A DNA stretch of 64,000 bases from Ostreococcus lucimarinus (taxonomy: Eukaryota): assembly GCA_000092065.1 (NCBI GenBank), contig CP000593.1, one strand, 5' to 3'. Of this stretch, positions 29,432 through 41,300 are shown in pieces. The notes under the pieces are model-generated. The model saw nothing but the letters and a program-made list of their open reading frames with translations, had not been told where the DNA came from and ran no database searches. Both the position numbers and the translations under genes were made by a program. How positions within the stretch are numbered: the stretch's first letter is position 1; the number at the start of each line of letters is the position of its first letter.

Positions 29432-30832
29432 CTAATTGATGGCTGGCGAAAGTTGCGGGTTCGCGAACTTCGGAAGTAAAACGTCGTCGATTTGCTCCGC
29501 CGTGCCCATGTCTCTGACGAATTTCCAGAACGCGACGAAAATGCCGGGAAGTGTTCTGTATGACGAGTAAGGAATGCCCATCTTCGCCGCTTCTTCCGCG
29601 ACAATTTTCGCGATCGCGGGGTAGTGCACAAAGCAAATCGCCGGGAACAGGTGATGCTCGACTTGCAAGTTCAGACCGCCGGTGAAAAAGTTTCCAATCT
29701 TTCCACCCCAGTCAGCGCTAGTCACCAACTGCTGCACGCCCCAATCTCTTTCCCACGCCTCTCCACCGGTATCTTCAGGGAGTTTGGCCTCGGGCACGTT
29801 GTGACTCACCGCGAACGTACACGCGAGGACGACTCCTTGGCACGCCATGAAACCGACGATGCCGGCGACGACGGCGGAAGCCGCGTGGCTCATCAAAGGT
29901 GCAGCCAACAAACCGAAGTGCACAAACTTGCCGATAACTACGGTGGCAAGTTCCCAAGTGGTCGCCCCGTGGAGCTTTGCGCCTTCGGTATCGCGAGTGA
30001 ACAAACCGACGATGTCGCCGACTTGGAACGCCACCTGCAACAACGGAAAGGCCAAGAACATGTACCAGTGCTGGAAGCGGTGGTACCACGCCTTGGGACG
30101 ACGAGCGTCGAAACGCAAGAGAGGCATGGCGGTGTACACGTCTTGATCCATAGCATTGTCGTTGCAGTGAATGTGGTGGCTCACCTGGTGGTGGTATCGC
30201 CACATCAAAGACGAGCCGCCGATGAGATCGTTCGTCAAACCGAGGACGCCGTTGACGGCGGGCGACGGTGACATCGCCCCGTGATTGGCGCAATGCTGAA
30301 TCGTGAGCCCGATCCACGCACCAGCTAAGCCAAGGAGGCAACCCGAGAGAAAGCCCGGGATGGTGGCGTACACACCGTACGCAAACGCGGCGAAAGACAA
30401 AATCGTTATCGTCGCGTGGTCGCCACCCATTCTGTGTTTGTTCTTCCCTTCTTCCGGGAAAAGTTCCTCGCGAACGCGATTGCGGATGTTGTTGTACAGC
30501 GGCGAATCGTTCGGTCTCGGTGACTTCGCCACGGCGTCGACCGGGAACCCCTCGAGCTTGGGTAACATCCTGAAGCGCGCCGTCGCCACCTCTGGTCGCA
30601 AGTGATAGGATTCCATGAGCGCCGTGCAGTCGCGACCGATGGCGAGGTTCAACAACCAGTTCCCGCCCGGATGCTTCTCAAAGAACGGTCCGAGGTCGTA
30701 CGCCACGTCTCGAAACACCGTCCACTTCACCTTTTGCCACTTCTCATCGTTCCACGGATCCTCCATCCCCGGCGCCGCGACGTCCGGGCGCGGCAACCTC
30801 AGCGCCTCGCGTCTCGCCTCCAGGGACATCAT
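29432..30832 (-). CDS. front-end (delta4/5/6-type) fatty-acid desaturase with an N-terminal cytochrome b5 domain
   Basis: Cyt b5 HPGG motif (FFEKHPGGNWLL). Histidine boxes HCANHGA, WRYHHQVSHHIHCN and QVEHHLFP; the third box has Q in place of H, which is diagnostic of front-end desaturases. The track ORF extends to 31297 through a low-complexity N-terminus. Confidence 0.8.
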   Translation of the reverse strand: MMSLEARREALRLPRPDVAAPGMEDPWNDEKWQKVKWTVFRDVAYDLGPFFEKHPGGNWLLNLAIGRDCTALMESYHLRPEVATARFRMLPKLEGFPVDAVAKSPRPNDSPLYNNIRNRVREELFPEEGKNKHRMGGDHATITILSFAAFAYGVYATIPGFLSGCLLGLAGAWIGLTIQHCANHGAMSPSPAVNGVLGLTNDLIGGSSLMWRYHHQVSHHIHCNDNAMDQDVYTAMPLLRFDARRPKAWYHRFQHWYMFLAFPLLQVAFQVGDIVGLFTRDTEGAKLHGATTWELATVVIGKFVHFGLLAAPLMSHAASAVVAGIVGFMACQGVVLACTFAVSHNVPEAKLPEDTGGEAWERDWGVQQLVTSADWGGKIGNFFTGGLNLQVEHHLFPAICFVHYPAIAKIVAEEAAKMGIPYSSYRTLPGIFVAFWKFVRDMGTAEQIDDVLLPKFANPQLSPAIN

Positions 30833-31892
30833 CTTCTCCCCCTCCTCGCCCTCGACGCTTCTTTCGACGACCGCGGCGTTCCCTTCGCCCTCGATCGATC
30901 GCGGAACGATCGCATACCTCCCCGATCGCGCGCGCCGCGCGTCCGCGCGCACCGCGCTCGTCGTCGCGCGCGTCGTCGTCGCTCGACGGCGATAATCACA
31001 CCTCGCGCTCGACGTCGTCGTCGTCGCGAACGCGCGCGCGACGGTGCGCATGGCGGGCTCGATCGCTCGGCGCGGATTCGTGGCGTTCGGATCCGTCTCG
31101 GGCGCTTCGCGCGTTCGGGCGTTCGAGCGCTCGCTGTCCCGGACGCGCGCTGTGACGAGCCGACGCGACGACGCCGACGCGACGACGCCGCGCGCGGATC
31201 GGATCGCGTGACGTCGGTCGGGGCGCGTCGGGCGTCGAGGGACTCGTTCTCGAGTCGAGACTCGTCGATGGGATCGGTGTGGTCCGTGTGTATCCATTCA
31301 ATCGCACCATCGGTCGCATCGTCCGATCGCGACCGCTCGCGACCGCTCGCGCTCGCGCTCGAGGCGGACGCGCGGGACGCCGCGGGACGACGACGAGACG
31401 ACGATCCGACGACGCGACGACGCCCGGCACAGCGACGCGCGTCGTCGTCGTCGACGTCGTCGTCGACGAGTCGCGAGCGTCGTCGACGCGCGCGCGTCGT
31501 CGACGCGCGAACGCGACGCGCGCGCCGTCGACGCCATGGCGCTGGATAGGGCGCTCGCGACGCGCGCGCGCGCGAGCGGGGCGTCGACGTCGACGTCGAC
31601 GCGCGACGCGAGCGGACGGCGACCGGGACCCGGCGCGCGAGGACGGCCGGCGAAGGGGCGCGGACGGGGGAAGGTGCGCGGCGACCGACGCGACGCGACG
31701 CGCGCGCGACGCGCGTCGATCGGGACGGGACGGGACGTCCGAGGCGCGGTTTTCGCGCGATGGGGGGGGACGGCGACGTCTAAAACCGCGAGCGACGCGC
31801 GAGAAAGGCGCGAGTGCGACTCGATGGAATCGTGACACTGACCGACGGCGATCGCGCGCGCGCAGACGACGACGAACGCGGTTTTCGACGCC

Positions 31893-32507
31893 TTGAAGTT
31901 TGACCCGGACAGAGTGTCGGTGGCGTTCGACGCGAGCTCGACGCGGGTGGAACCGGAGTCTTTATTGCAGCGGCGTTACACGCTGACGCACAACGATGTG
32001 ACGAGGAATTTGACGCTCACGGTAGGCGACGCGTTCAACGACGATCAAACGTCGATATGGTACACGAGATTGCTCAGAGACGAGGTGCTCGCGGAGTGGC
32101 GCGAGGACGGCTTGCACGTGTTTTGTCAGGTGAGCGCGAAGGAGGCTTGGTGGATACGATGGGCGGCGCCCCTTCGTTCGGTCGTGTTTCGTCAAAAATT
32201 ACCGTTGGTGTTAGATACGTTGCGTTACGCCGAGAGAGAGCTACTGGCGACGTATCCAGAGTTGTTTGACAGTCCGGTGTACGTCAACTTTGGCTCCGCG
32301 GACGGACCGGGGGACAAGGAGTATTGGGGAGATTTCAGAACGGCTGGATCGGAAGAGACGCGATCGAGTCGAGTGACGTGCGCGGATGGTGCAGGACTGG
32401 ATCCCAGAATAGCAGACAATGTTAGAAACACGATAATCACAGGGCGTGGTTCTCGCGTCGAGGTCGGCGGAGTGATTTTGGAAAACTCCCCAGCGCCTCC
32501 TCGCTAG
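31893..32507 (+). CDS. SGR: STAY-GREEN (SGR) family Mg-dechelatase
   Basis: RRYTLTHNDVTRNLTLTV, RDEVLAEW, LHVFCQVS, KLPLVLDTL, TYPELFDSPVYVNFGS and EYWGDF align with the conserved SGR core. Confidence 0.8.
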   Translation: MKFDPDRVSVAFDASSTRVEPESLLQRRYTLTHNDVTRNLTLTVGDAFNDDQTSIWYTRLLRDEVLAEWREDGLHVFCQVSAKEAWWIRWAAPLRSVVFRQKLPLVLDTLRYAERELLATYPELFDSPVYVNFGSADGPGDKEYWGDFRTAGSEETRSSRVTCADGAGLDPRIADNVRNTIITGRGSRVEVGGVILENSPAPPR

Positions 32508-32733
32508 CGAATGCGTTTTGAAGACCACGTCGTCGTCGTGCCGGCGGGCGAGCGACGCGGTCGAGTTTAGGACTTTTTATTACCACCTTTCTCATTAGTA
32601 CTCATCATTCTTCGCACGATTCGAGCGGTGCGAGGAGCCAACGAGAGCTCGCCGACTTCGCAGCCGCTCTTCTGCTCGCCCGACGAGTGACCGCAGACCG
32701 CGCTTCGCACGCGCGTCTCGGTGCGTCGCTACC

Positions 32734-34215
32734 ATGCGACGCTCGGCGTGTTCGCGCCAACACCGCGAGCTCTGTGAGAATTTGTTCTCGTTCGCGCACA
32801 GAGCGCGCGCACGAGCCCGCACATCGACCGCATTCGCGACGGTGGACGAAGCGTTGCGGGACTTCGTCAATCACGAAAAGAGCGGCGTCCCGCGAAACGC
32901 TGGGACGGATACGACGGACGGATTCGATCTCGGACGCATGCATAGATTGTTGCGAGACTTTGACGATCCACACAGGGCGTATAACACGATACACGTGTCG
33001 GGAACGAAGGGGAAAGGAACGACGGTTTCCGTGCTCGCGAGCGTCCTGCGCGCCGCTGGATTACGAATCGGCACGTATAAGAGCCCTCACGTGTATACCG
33101 TGGCGGAAAGGATTCGGAGTAGCGAAAGTGATGCGTCTGCACAAGTTCTCGACGTACTGCGCGATTTAGAGCGAGAGATAAAGTCTGCACAACAGCGTGA
33201 GGGCGGTCAGTTGTCGTACTTTGAAGTCCTCACGGCGCTCGCCTTTGCATACTTTAAAAAGGCAAACGTCGATTTAGCGCTCGTGGAAGTCGGTCTCGGG
33301 GGAAGTCGAGACGCCACAAACGTACTCGCGGCAGAAAATCTAGAAGCAGCGGTGATCACACACATAGGTGAGGAACACCTCGAAGCGCTCGGCGGTTCGA
33401 TTGAGACAATCGTAGACGCAAAAGCTGGCATCGCGCATAAAGGTCGTCCGGTGTTTTGTGCCCCAAACGTGGACGAACGAATAACAACAATGTTGAAAAC
33501 TGCGCTCCGCGCGCGTGGGGCGAACGTTATCGATAACGTATGCGTAGACACGCGTCTCGTGCGGTATCACGTGGAAGACTCGATCGCTTCGCAGGACGTC
33601 GACATCGACATCAAAGTGGATGGTAAAATAGCGTCCACCCTTTCGAACGTTCGAATTCCTCTCGCTGGGCCGCACCAGCGCGAGAACATAAGTCTTGCGC
33701 TTCGTGTTCTGTGGTGGCTTCGCGCTCAAAACAAAATCGACGCATCTCTGGAAGATATTCGAAGAGGCTTGGAAACGACGCGCAGTCCGGGGAACTTTGA
33801 AGTATTTGAGACGAGTGGAGGGCCCACGATGATTGCTGATGGCGCGCACACCAAAGGTTCCGCTCGAGTTCTCGTGAACACGATTCGTGAGGTTTATCCC
33901 GACCGAAAACTTTTGTTCGTCGTAGCGATGGCGGACGACAAGGATCACGGAGGATTTATTGAAGAGCTGTACAGGGCGGATCCCGTCGGTGTGGTGTGCA
34001 CTCAAATGCAAGTCGCCGGCGCATCGTCTCGAACGACGCCCGCGAAGACGCTCGCGAAGGCTTATATCGGCCCAGCGCATGGTCCGACTCCCACCTCAGA
34101 AGATGATTTCGAGAAGGCCTTGAAAGGAGCGCTCTCGCGCGGCGACGACGAGATTGTCGTGGTCGTGACGGGATCACTTTACACGTTCAAAGCGCTTAGC
34201 AAGGCGTTACTGTAG
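32734..34215 (+). CDS. FPGS: folylpolyglutamate synthase / dihydrofolate synthase (FolC family Mur ligase)
   Basis: P-loop IHVSGTKGKGTTVS, LVEVGLGGSRDATNVL, and C-terminal Mur-ligase motifs (DGAHTKGS). Confidence 0.85.
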   Translation: MRRSACSRQHRELCENLFSFAHRARARARTSTAFATVDEALRDFVNHEKSGVPRNAGTDTTDGFDLGRMHRLLRDFDDPHRAYNTIHVSGTKGKGTTVSVLASVLRAAGLRIGTYKSPHVYTVAERIRSSESDASAQVLDVLRDLEREIKSAQQREGGQLSYFEVLTALAFAYFKKANVDLALVEVGLGGSRDATNVLAAENLEAAVITHIGEEHLEALGGSIETIVDAKAGIAHKGRPVFCAPNVDERITTMLKTALRARGANVIDNVCVDTRLVRYHVEDSIASQDVDIDIKVDGKIASTLSNVRIPLAGPHQRENISLALRVLWWLRAQNKIDASLEDIRRGLETTRSPGNFEVFETSGGPTMIADGAHTKGSARVLVNTIREVYPDRKLLFVVAMADDKDHGGFIEELYRADPVGVVCTQMQVAGASSRTTPAKTLAKAYIGPAHGPTPTSEDDFEKALKGALSRGDDEIVVVVTGSLYTFKALSKALL

Positions 34216-34278
34216 AGACACCGTAGACGTAGACTAGCGTAGATTAAGTAGTTTAGTTACAGCCGCGTTAGACTAAAT

Positions 34279-36156
34279 CTAGAACTCAGCGCTACCCGGG
34301 TAACGGGGGAAAGGAATGGCGTCACGAATGTTCTCCACACCTGTGACGTACTGAACGAGGCGTTCAAAACCGAGGCCGAAACCGGCGTGCGGCTGCGAAC
34401 CGTATCGTCTCAAATCTAAGTACCACCAGTACGACTCCTTTTCCAAACCAACCTCTTCGATTCGGCGCTCCAAGACATCAAGGCGTTCTTCTCTTTGGCT
34501 ACCACCCATCAACTCACCAACGCGGGGCACCAAGACGTCCATTGCGGCGACGGTTTTGTTGTCGTCGTTGAGACGCATGTAGAACGCCTTGATATCTTTC
34601 GGATAATCGCGCACGATCACGGGGCGATCTTTGAAGACTTCTTCTGAGATGTACCGCTCGTGCTCGCTCTGAAGATCCGATCCCCATTCGATTGGGAACT
34701 CAAACTTCTTCTTCGCGTTCAACACGTGCTCGACGGCTTCGGTGTACGTGATGCGCGCAAACTCTTGCGACGCGACGTTTCGAAGTCGCTCTCTCAGGTT
34801 GTCTTTGGAGATGTTCTTCTCGAAGAATTCAAGATCTTCGTCGCAGTGCTCGAGGACGTGGTTCAGGCAATACTTCAAGTACGCTTCTGCGCAATCCATG
34901 TCGTCGTTCAAATCCGCGAACGCGAGTTCGGGCTCTACCATCCAAAACTCAGCCAGGTGGCGCGACGTGTTGCTATTCTCCGCGCGGAACGTCGGACCGA
35001 AGGTGTAGATGTCGTTGACCGCGCAAGCCATGATTTCACCGTTCAATTGCCCAGACACGGTCAAATAAGACGGTTTGCCGAAGAAGTCTTGAGAATAGTC
35101 GATGGAACCATCCTTATTCTTCGGCAAGTCGGACGACGGGCGATTGTTCTTCAGCGCCTCGACGCTCGCCTTGAGATCTAAAAGCTTCGCCACGGCCTCA
35201 TCAACTTGCTCTTTCGTCGCGTCTCCCGCTTTCTTCGCCTCCTTCAGGGCCTTCACCGCGTCACCCTGTGCCTTCACCATGGCTTCTTGCTCGTCCACGA
35301 CCGAGGCCGGCGTCGTCCACTCGCCGGCGCCGAAGCCGTTCAACAGCGTCGTCACTTGAAACTGTTCCCCAGCGCCTTCGCAATCCGACGCGGTGATGAT
35401 CGGCGTGTTGGCGTATAAAAACCCATGCTCTTGAAAGAACGTGTGCGTCGCGTACGCCAACTGATTGCGCACGCGAGCCACGGCGCCGATGGTGTTTGTG
35501 CGAGGTCGCAAGTGCGCGATGCTTCGAAGATATTCCAGCGTGTGTCGCTTCTTTTGCAGCGGATACGTCTCCGGATCCGCCGTTCCGATGACATCAATCT
35601 CCTCCACCGCCAATTCCGCCGCTTGCTTCCCTCCCGGACTCGCCACGAGTTTCCCCTTCACCCTGAGCGCCGCCCCCGTGGAGACGCCGCCCGCGTCGAG
35701 CGCGTCCCACGCCGCGCTTCCCTCGTTCACCACCGCTTGCATCCCCGAGATCGCGCTCCCATCGTTCAGGTCGATGAACGCCATTCCCTTCTGCGTCCGC
35801 ACCGATCGCGCCCACCCTCGCAGTTCCAACGCCTCGCCCACGCGCGACGCCCCCCCGTCGTTTCCCTTCACGCGCGCGATGCGCTCGGGTCGTCCGTACG
35901 TCGCCCGCGTCGCCACCGCGCGCGCGCTCCGCGCGTGTTTGATCGCTCCCGGCGTCGCTCTCGCCCGCATCGCGAGCGCACCGAGTCGCGCGCCGAGTCG
36001 CGCGCCGCGCACCGCGTCCACGGACGCGCGCGACATCATCGCGCCGTCGCCCGCGGGGACGTCCAGTGACGTCGCGCGCCCGTAATTCGTCGTCGGCAAA
36101 GGCGCGGTCGGTCGCCGAGACCATAAAATCGCGTTCGACGGCCACTTGCGAACCAT
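34279..36156 (-). CDS. asparaginyl-tRNA synthetase (class IIb), organellar type, with an inserted WHEP-like helix
   Basis: FRAENSNTSRHLAEFWMVEPELAF (motif 2, AsnRS-specific NSNTSRHL). Motif 3 is GGSQREERLDVLERR...GFGLGFERLV. An OB-fold anticodon-binding N-domain. The true start is probably the internal MMSRASV, at about 36039. Confidence 0.85.
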   Translation of the reverse strand: MVRKWPSNAILWSRRPTAPLPTTNYGRATSLDVPAGDGAMMSRASVDAVRGARLGARLGALAMRARATPGAIKHARSARAVATRATYGRPERIARVKGNDGGASRVGEALELRGWARSVRTQKGMAFIDLNDGSAISGMQAVVNEGSAAWDALDAGGVSTGAALRVKGKLVASPGGKQAAELAVEEIDVIGTADPETYPLQKKRHTLEYLRSIAHLRPRTNTIGAVARVRNQLAYATHTFFQEHGFLYANTPIITASDCEGAGEQFQVTTLLNGFGAGEWTTPASVVDEQEAMVKAQGDAVKALKEAKKAGDATKEQVDEAVAKLLDLKASVEALKNNRPSSDLPKNKDGSIDYSQDFFGKPSYLTVSGQLNGEIMACAVNDIYTFGPTFRAENSNTSRHLAEFWMVEPELAFADLNDDMDCAEAYLKYCLNHVLEHCDEDLEFFEKNISKDNLRERLRNVASQEFARITYTEAVEHVLNAKKKFEFPIEWGSDLQSEHERYISEEVFKDRPVIVRDYPKDIKAFYMRLNDDNKTVAAMDVLVPRVGELMGGSQREERLDVLERRIEEVGLEKESYWWYLDLRRYGSQPHAGFGLGFERLVQYVTGVENIRDAIPFPRYPGSAEF

Positions 36157-36177
36157 TGAGTTGATCGTTTTTTTCTC

Positions 36178-37398
36178 GTGTGGACGACTTTTTCGCTCGA
36201 CGCGCGTCGTCCGTCGGGCGTCGCGGTCGACGCGCGCGACGGGACGGGAGACGGCGTCGGGGGCGTGACGCGCATGCGGGACGAGATCGCGCTCGTCGAG
36301 CGCGCGCGCGTGGTCGTGGCGGACGACGGCGCGCGCGCGCGGCGAGACGCGGTCGCGCGGGCGACGACGCGACGGTTGATTTTGACGTTCGAGACGACGG
36401 CGACGGCGGCGGCGGCGGGGAGCGCGGCCGAGGGTGGGACGGTGATCGAGTACGACGACGTGGCGGCGTGCGAACGAGCGCAGGAGTCGCGGTCGACGCT
36501 GGGTGGGTTGTTCAGGAGGCGCGAGCGCGGGGTGGCGCTGGTTTTGACGAGCGGGAGACGGGTGACGATCGGCGCGCGAGGGGCGAGCGCGGAGGAGGTG
36601 TGCGGGAAAATCGAGAACGCGATCGTAAAGTATAAGAGACAGAAAGCGACGGCGGCGGTGGAGACGACGCGGGAGGATGCGAGGCGGCGGGCGAGCGGCG
36701 CGTCGGCGGCGACGGCGGGCGTCGGCGGCGCGGTGAATCGACAGCTCGAACGCGCGGAGGCGACGAATAAGACGATGGACGAGGCGTTTACCGATCTCAG
36801 AGCGCTCATGGCGAAGGCTGGAGAGATGGTGACGCTCGCCGAGCGGCTCGCGGAGTCGATGGACGGGAAAGGGGAAAGTTCAGAGCTTCAGCGTCTCGTG
36901 CTCAGTCTCGGGATTACGAGTCCGGTGACGCGCGCGAACGCGGGGGCAGAGTTTCATCGAGAATTAGGTAAACAATTAGCGGATTGGATAACGCCCGTGG
37001 TGCAAAAATCGAACGGCATCATTACCGTCACCGATGCGTTCTGTTTGTTCAATCGCGCGCGAGGCACGGAGTTAGTTTCCCCGCAAGACATGCTTCGCGC
37101 GAGCGAATCGTGGGAGTCGCTCGGGGTCGATTTGCACTTGCGTAAATTTGAAAGCGGAGTGATGGTGATTCATACCGTAGAACGCACAGACGAGGAAGCG
37201 TGCGCGCGATTGCTCGCGCGATTGCCGTCTTACGAGCATTCAATCGATTCGTACGAGGCGGCGCAAATATTAGCGACGACGCCCGAAATAGCGCTCGAGT
37301 ACCTCTACATGGCAGAAAGCCGAGGCGTTTTGTGTCGAGACGACGGACCTGCGCAGATGAGATTTTATGCAAACATGTTCGAGGCTAGATTGACGTAG
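36178..37398 (+). CDS. VPS36: ESCRT-II subunit VPS36 (EAP45)-like
   Basis: The N-terminus has a GLUE/PH-like segment (GGTVIEYDDV...VALVLTSGRRVTIGARGASAEEV). The C-terminal EAP30 winged-helix region is ITVTDAFCLFNRARGTELVSPQDMLRASESWESLGVDLHLRKFESGVMVI. The start may lie internally, at about 36274. Confidence 0.65.
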   Translation: MWTTFSLDARRPSGVAVDARDGTGDGVGGVTRMRDEIALVERARVVVADDGARARRDAVARATTRRLILTFETTATAAAAGSAAEGGTVIEYDDVAACERAQESRSTLGGLFRRRERGVALVLTSGRRVTIGARGASAEEVCGKIENAIVKYKRQKATAAVETTREDARRRASGASAATAGVGGAVNRQLERAEATNKTMDEAFTDLRALMAKAGEMVTLAERLAESMDGKGESSELQRLVLSLGITSPVTRANAGAEFHRELGKQLADWITPVVQKSNGIITVTDAFCLFNRARGTELVSPQDMLRASESWESLGVDLHLRKFESGVMVIHTVERTDEEACARLLARLPSYEHSIDSYEAAQILATTPEIALEYLYMAESRGVLCRDDGPAQMRFYANMFEARLT

Positions 37399-37469
37399 AT
37401 TTTTATTGAACAACTCACAAATTAGCCACGGGTGATTGATGATGCTACACAATTTTCAAGCGCGCGCGC

Positions 37470-37898
37470 TTAAATGTCATTAATGTCGTCGAAATCGAAG
37501 AAGTCATCGTTCTCGTCGCGCTCTTCTTCGAACGTATCCGTATCGTTCACGCGGAAAGTGTCCGGGAGTTCCCCGTACGCCTTCAACGAGCGCGCCTCGT
37601 CGGCCAAGTACTTCAAGATGACGTCCGCCTTTTCGTCTTGAAAGTCCCGCAAGCCCAACAGGATGATGTCCCCGGTGTTCACCCAAACCTTTTTCCGCAT
37701 TTTACCGCGAATGTGACACAAACGCTTCACCCCATCGATGCACTGCGCCTCTAAGCGCCCGTTCCCGAGCATGCGCAACACTTGCGCGTACTCTTGACCG
37801 TCCTCTTTGAAGATGAGTTCGCGCTTCTCGTCTTCGCCGCCCCCTTTCCCGCGACGACGGTTCTTCCCTCCCTTTCCCTTGGAGTTACTCTTCGGCAT
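37470..37898 (-). CDS. EIF1A: eukaryotic translation initiation factor 1A (eIF1A)
   Basis: [64 protein letters not shown] is the eIF1A S1/OB core. The N-terminus is basic and the C-terminal tail acidic (DDINDI). Confidence 0.9.
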   Translation of the reverse strand: MPKSNSKGKGGKNRRRGKGGGEDEKRELIFKEDGQEYAQVLRMLGNGRLEAQCIDGVKRLCHIRGKMRKKVWVNTGDIILLGLRDFQDEKADVILKYLADEARSLKAYGELPDTFRVNDTDTFEEERDENDDFFDFDDINDI

Positions 37899-38337
37899 CG
37901 TGCGTTTACGACGCTCGCGTGTCTAAAACTTTACGCAGTCCCTCGATCGAGGACGAGTCGCGGATGAATGCGATTTCGGCGTCGTTCAAACTGAAGACCC
38001 TAGAACTTTCTTCGCGCGTCCGTCGCGCGCGTCCGTGCGCGCGAGGCGTGCGGTGAATCGATCGAACGCGCGTGCGTGACGTTTACGTGCGTGGAGCGCG
38101 CGCAAAGATCGGCCGAGTCCGGGTCGTCGACGGCGGGGCGTCGAAAAGAGACGGATGGGCGCGGGCCGAGCTCGACGTCGTTCGAGCGAACGCGCGGCGA
38201 AATCGAACCCGACCCCGTGGGCCAGGGTTGATGCGAGCGTTCGTGACTCAAGGAGTGGGGACTCGATCGGCGCGCGCGCGCGCGTCGAGAGGAAGTCGGT
38301 CGCTCGGGCGCTCTACAATCGGCGACGACGCTATGAA

Positions 38338-41300
38338 CTATAAATACTTCAGCCCGACGATCTTCGCTCGACGCTGGAGGGTGTGCTGGGTGACGACGGC
38401 GATGAGACTGGTGAAGGCGAGCGCGCGCACGGAGGGAATTTTTGAAAGAAACGGCGCCACGACGGCGAGCGGGGCGGTCAAGATGAGCGTCATCCCGTCC
38501 GTGCGAACGCTCGTGGCGAGGTAGTGCACCAAATTGATGCTATTCACCGAAGCGAGGAGCAGACTCAACGCGTTGAGCGTCATCCACGGCAACTTGGAGG
38601 CGGTCGCGGCGAGAACGTGAACTCGGTTCGGGCCGGCGAGGATGGCGGCGACGGCGTCCCAGCACATCTTACCCACGATCATCGCGAGCGGTGGAGCGTA
38701 TCGTTGGCTGTCTTCCAGTATAGGAAATATCACCGAGTCTTGGTGAAGAAGAAGCAGAATGGGCGCGAGGACGAAGACCGAAAACGCGGAGCCATCGGCC
38801 AACTCATCGCTCAGCACCACGCACGCGAGAAAGGACGTGAGCGTGGCGATGTTCCCGATGATTGGCATCCAAGCGATCGCCTTTGCCTTGAGTTCTCTGT
38901 GCTCGTTTCTGCTCGCGACACCGCGGAAATATTCCGGACGACTGCGACCAGTGGCGGGAAGGAACGGTGAAGTACCGCCTTGACGTCGTCGATGTTGCAC
39001 GCTCTCCAGGCTCGTTTTGATTCTCAACTTCAGAGCAAACGCGATTTGCAGCGAAGTCCCGGCGAAAACGCCGACGACACCGAATTTTCCTTCCATTCTC
39101 GCCTGATGGTCGTCCACAGTCTCGTCTGAGCCACCCATTTGTGTGACGTACGCCAAGCCGAGAACGGAGACGAACGATAAATACACGTAAGGCAACCAGC
39201 GCGAAGACTTCGGCGAAGGGCTGTACGTGAAAGACAAGAACACTCCCACCAGCGCACACGCGACAAATAGTAGTGCCGTCAGCGCCACTTGCTGGACGAA
39301 GAATTCCAGCGCCATATATAAACCAACGCTCCCACCGCACACGGCGCTTAAGGCGATTCGAATCGTTGACGTTGATTTTGTCTGTTGTCGTGGAGACGAG
39401 ACGGCGAATATCGCGGTGAGCGCGGCTAACATCAGCAACCAGCTCGGCCATCCATGATGCGCGTTCTCGCGCACGCCGTACATTCTCGCTTCGTCTTCTT
39501 CAGAGTCGGGAACGTGTTCGGCGTCATACCACATGCCCACCTCGCCCTTCCAAGGCATCGGCGGTCGGAAGGTGATGAGAAAGACGCCACAGAAACTCAA
39601 GAGCATCATCAATCGTTTGCTAAACATGTCATCACCGTAACTTTGTCGCGTTACCACGGACGCCAAGCTCGCCCCCGTGATCAGGAGGAGTCCACCGAAG
39701 AGCGTCGCGTCCGTCGGTCGGTGACCCGAGAGTTCAAATATAACGTCAAACATCGCAAACCGAGCGAATACCAAAGAGAACACCAAAGCGACGCAATAAC
39801 CAACGCTCGCGCCCGGAGATAATTGAGTCATTCGCCGTGACATCGCGTGCGGAGCGGTGATGGCGAGCACGACCACCAAGACGCTGAACATTTCCTTCAA
39901 ACCGCGAACAAAGAGCATGGAGAGCTTTGCGCCGCACACGCTCTGCATCACCCAGCCAAATTCGCGACTGATTCTCCCGCTGATGACGAGGCCTCGACTC
40001 GCCAAGAAGCCGCTGATGGAAGTGACGATGACCAAATATGGTGGATAAATCAAAGAATCGTCGTCATGCGTCGCTTGACTCAGGATTTGTTCAATCGTTG
40101 CGAGCGCCGAGACGTAACAGACGACGAGGACGCCAACCGTCGGCGCGCGCGCGCTTTTCGTATTCAACACCGCTGGCAAAGCCAAAGCCGCCACGGCGAG
40201 GAGTAATATGGCGACACACAATTGTTTGACGTCGAAAGCTCCCACGCGCACATCGAGTGACCAGAAATTCTTCGAAAGAAACCACGAAAAGCATCCGACG
40301 CAACTCGCGGCAAACACGCCGTAATCCTTCGGCTCTCGGTCCTCGTAATAATATTTGACGAATGACGATGATCCGGCGATGGGGATCGGAATCATCCACA
40401 GAGGTGCACCCAAAGCACAAATTGCGGTCGACGTAGACAGAGCCAACGTCGCCTTCACCGCACCCGTCGGGACGCCGTCGCCGACGGCGTTTGCGTAGCA
40501 CGCGGCGAAAACTGCCAGCGCGCTGTGGACGGAAACCGTCACCATGATGTAATTCAAAGGAGCCATGATTTCGATGTACTCGGCAAATTCACTAAATATT
40601 ATTCCACCTTCAACGCTCACCGCAAATCCAGTGAGTGCGAAGAGGAGCACGGCGGTTTCCATCCTTTTCGACGCCACGTCGACGCCGCGCGCGCGCCACC
40701 ACAACGACTTCTCCGTGCCGGCGGCTATTAAATACAACACCGGGACCGTCACCAACGCCCCACACGCGAAGACGTGATCGAGGGACTTGAACAGTGTGTC
40801 GAGGTTCGTCCATAAATACAACGCGACGGGTAAGCCGAGCGTGGCCACGGTGGCGTACTCGGCGTCGCTCTCGGTCAACGCCGAGCGCTTGTCCGACGGA
40901 GGCCCGTTCGTCTTCGTCACCGCCGCGCACGCGCTCGCGCACGGAAACAAAAACATCCGATGCGTGATCAACGACACGACCGAGCCGTAAAACGCCGCTC
41001 TCTCAGCTCCCGCGCTCGCGCTCGCGAACGCCCACGTCAGAATCGTCGTCGTCGTCGGCGGACACAGCGCGAAAATCAAACGCTCGCACGTCGCCGCCGC
41101 GCCCGCGTGCGACTCGTGTATCCACCGAAATTGCAGCGTGCACCACGAGCAAAATAAAAACAAATTCACCCCATTCACCGCGAGCAGCGCGCACGACGTC
41201 CCGACCGTCGCGCTCGTCCGCCAGCTCCCTCTCGTCAGCAGCGTCCCGAGCGCCGCCGTCGCCGTCGTCCAAATCGCGCCCAGCGCCCCCTCTCCGTTCC

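Noticed and set aside
30602-31838. ORFs 30602..31549+ and 30996..31838-, which are low-complexity
   Set aside because: They are antisense to, or upstream of, the desaturase. They have poly-Arg/Ala composition and no domains.
34660-36145. Several 170-215-aa ORFs antisense to the AsnRS gene
   Set aside because: They are wholly contained in a strongly supported class II aaRS gene on the other strand.
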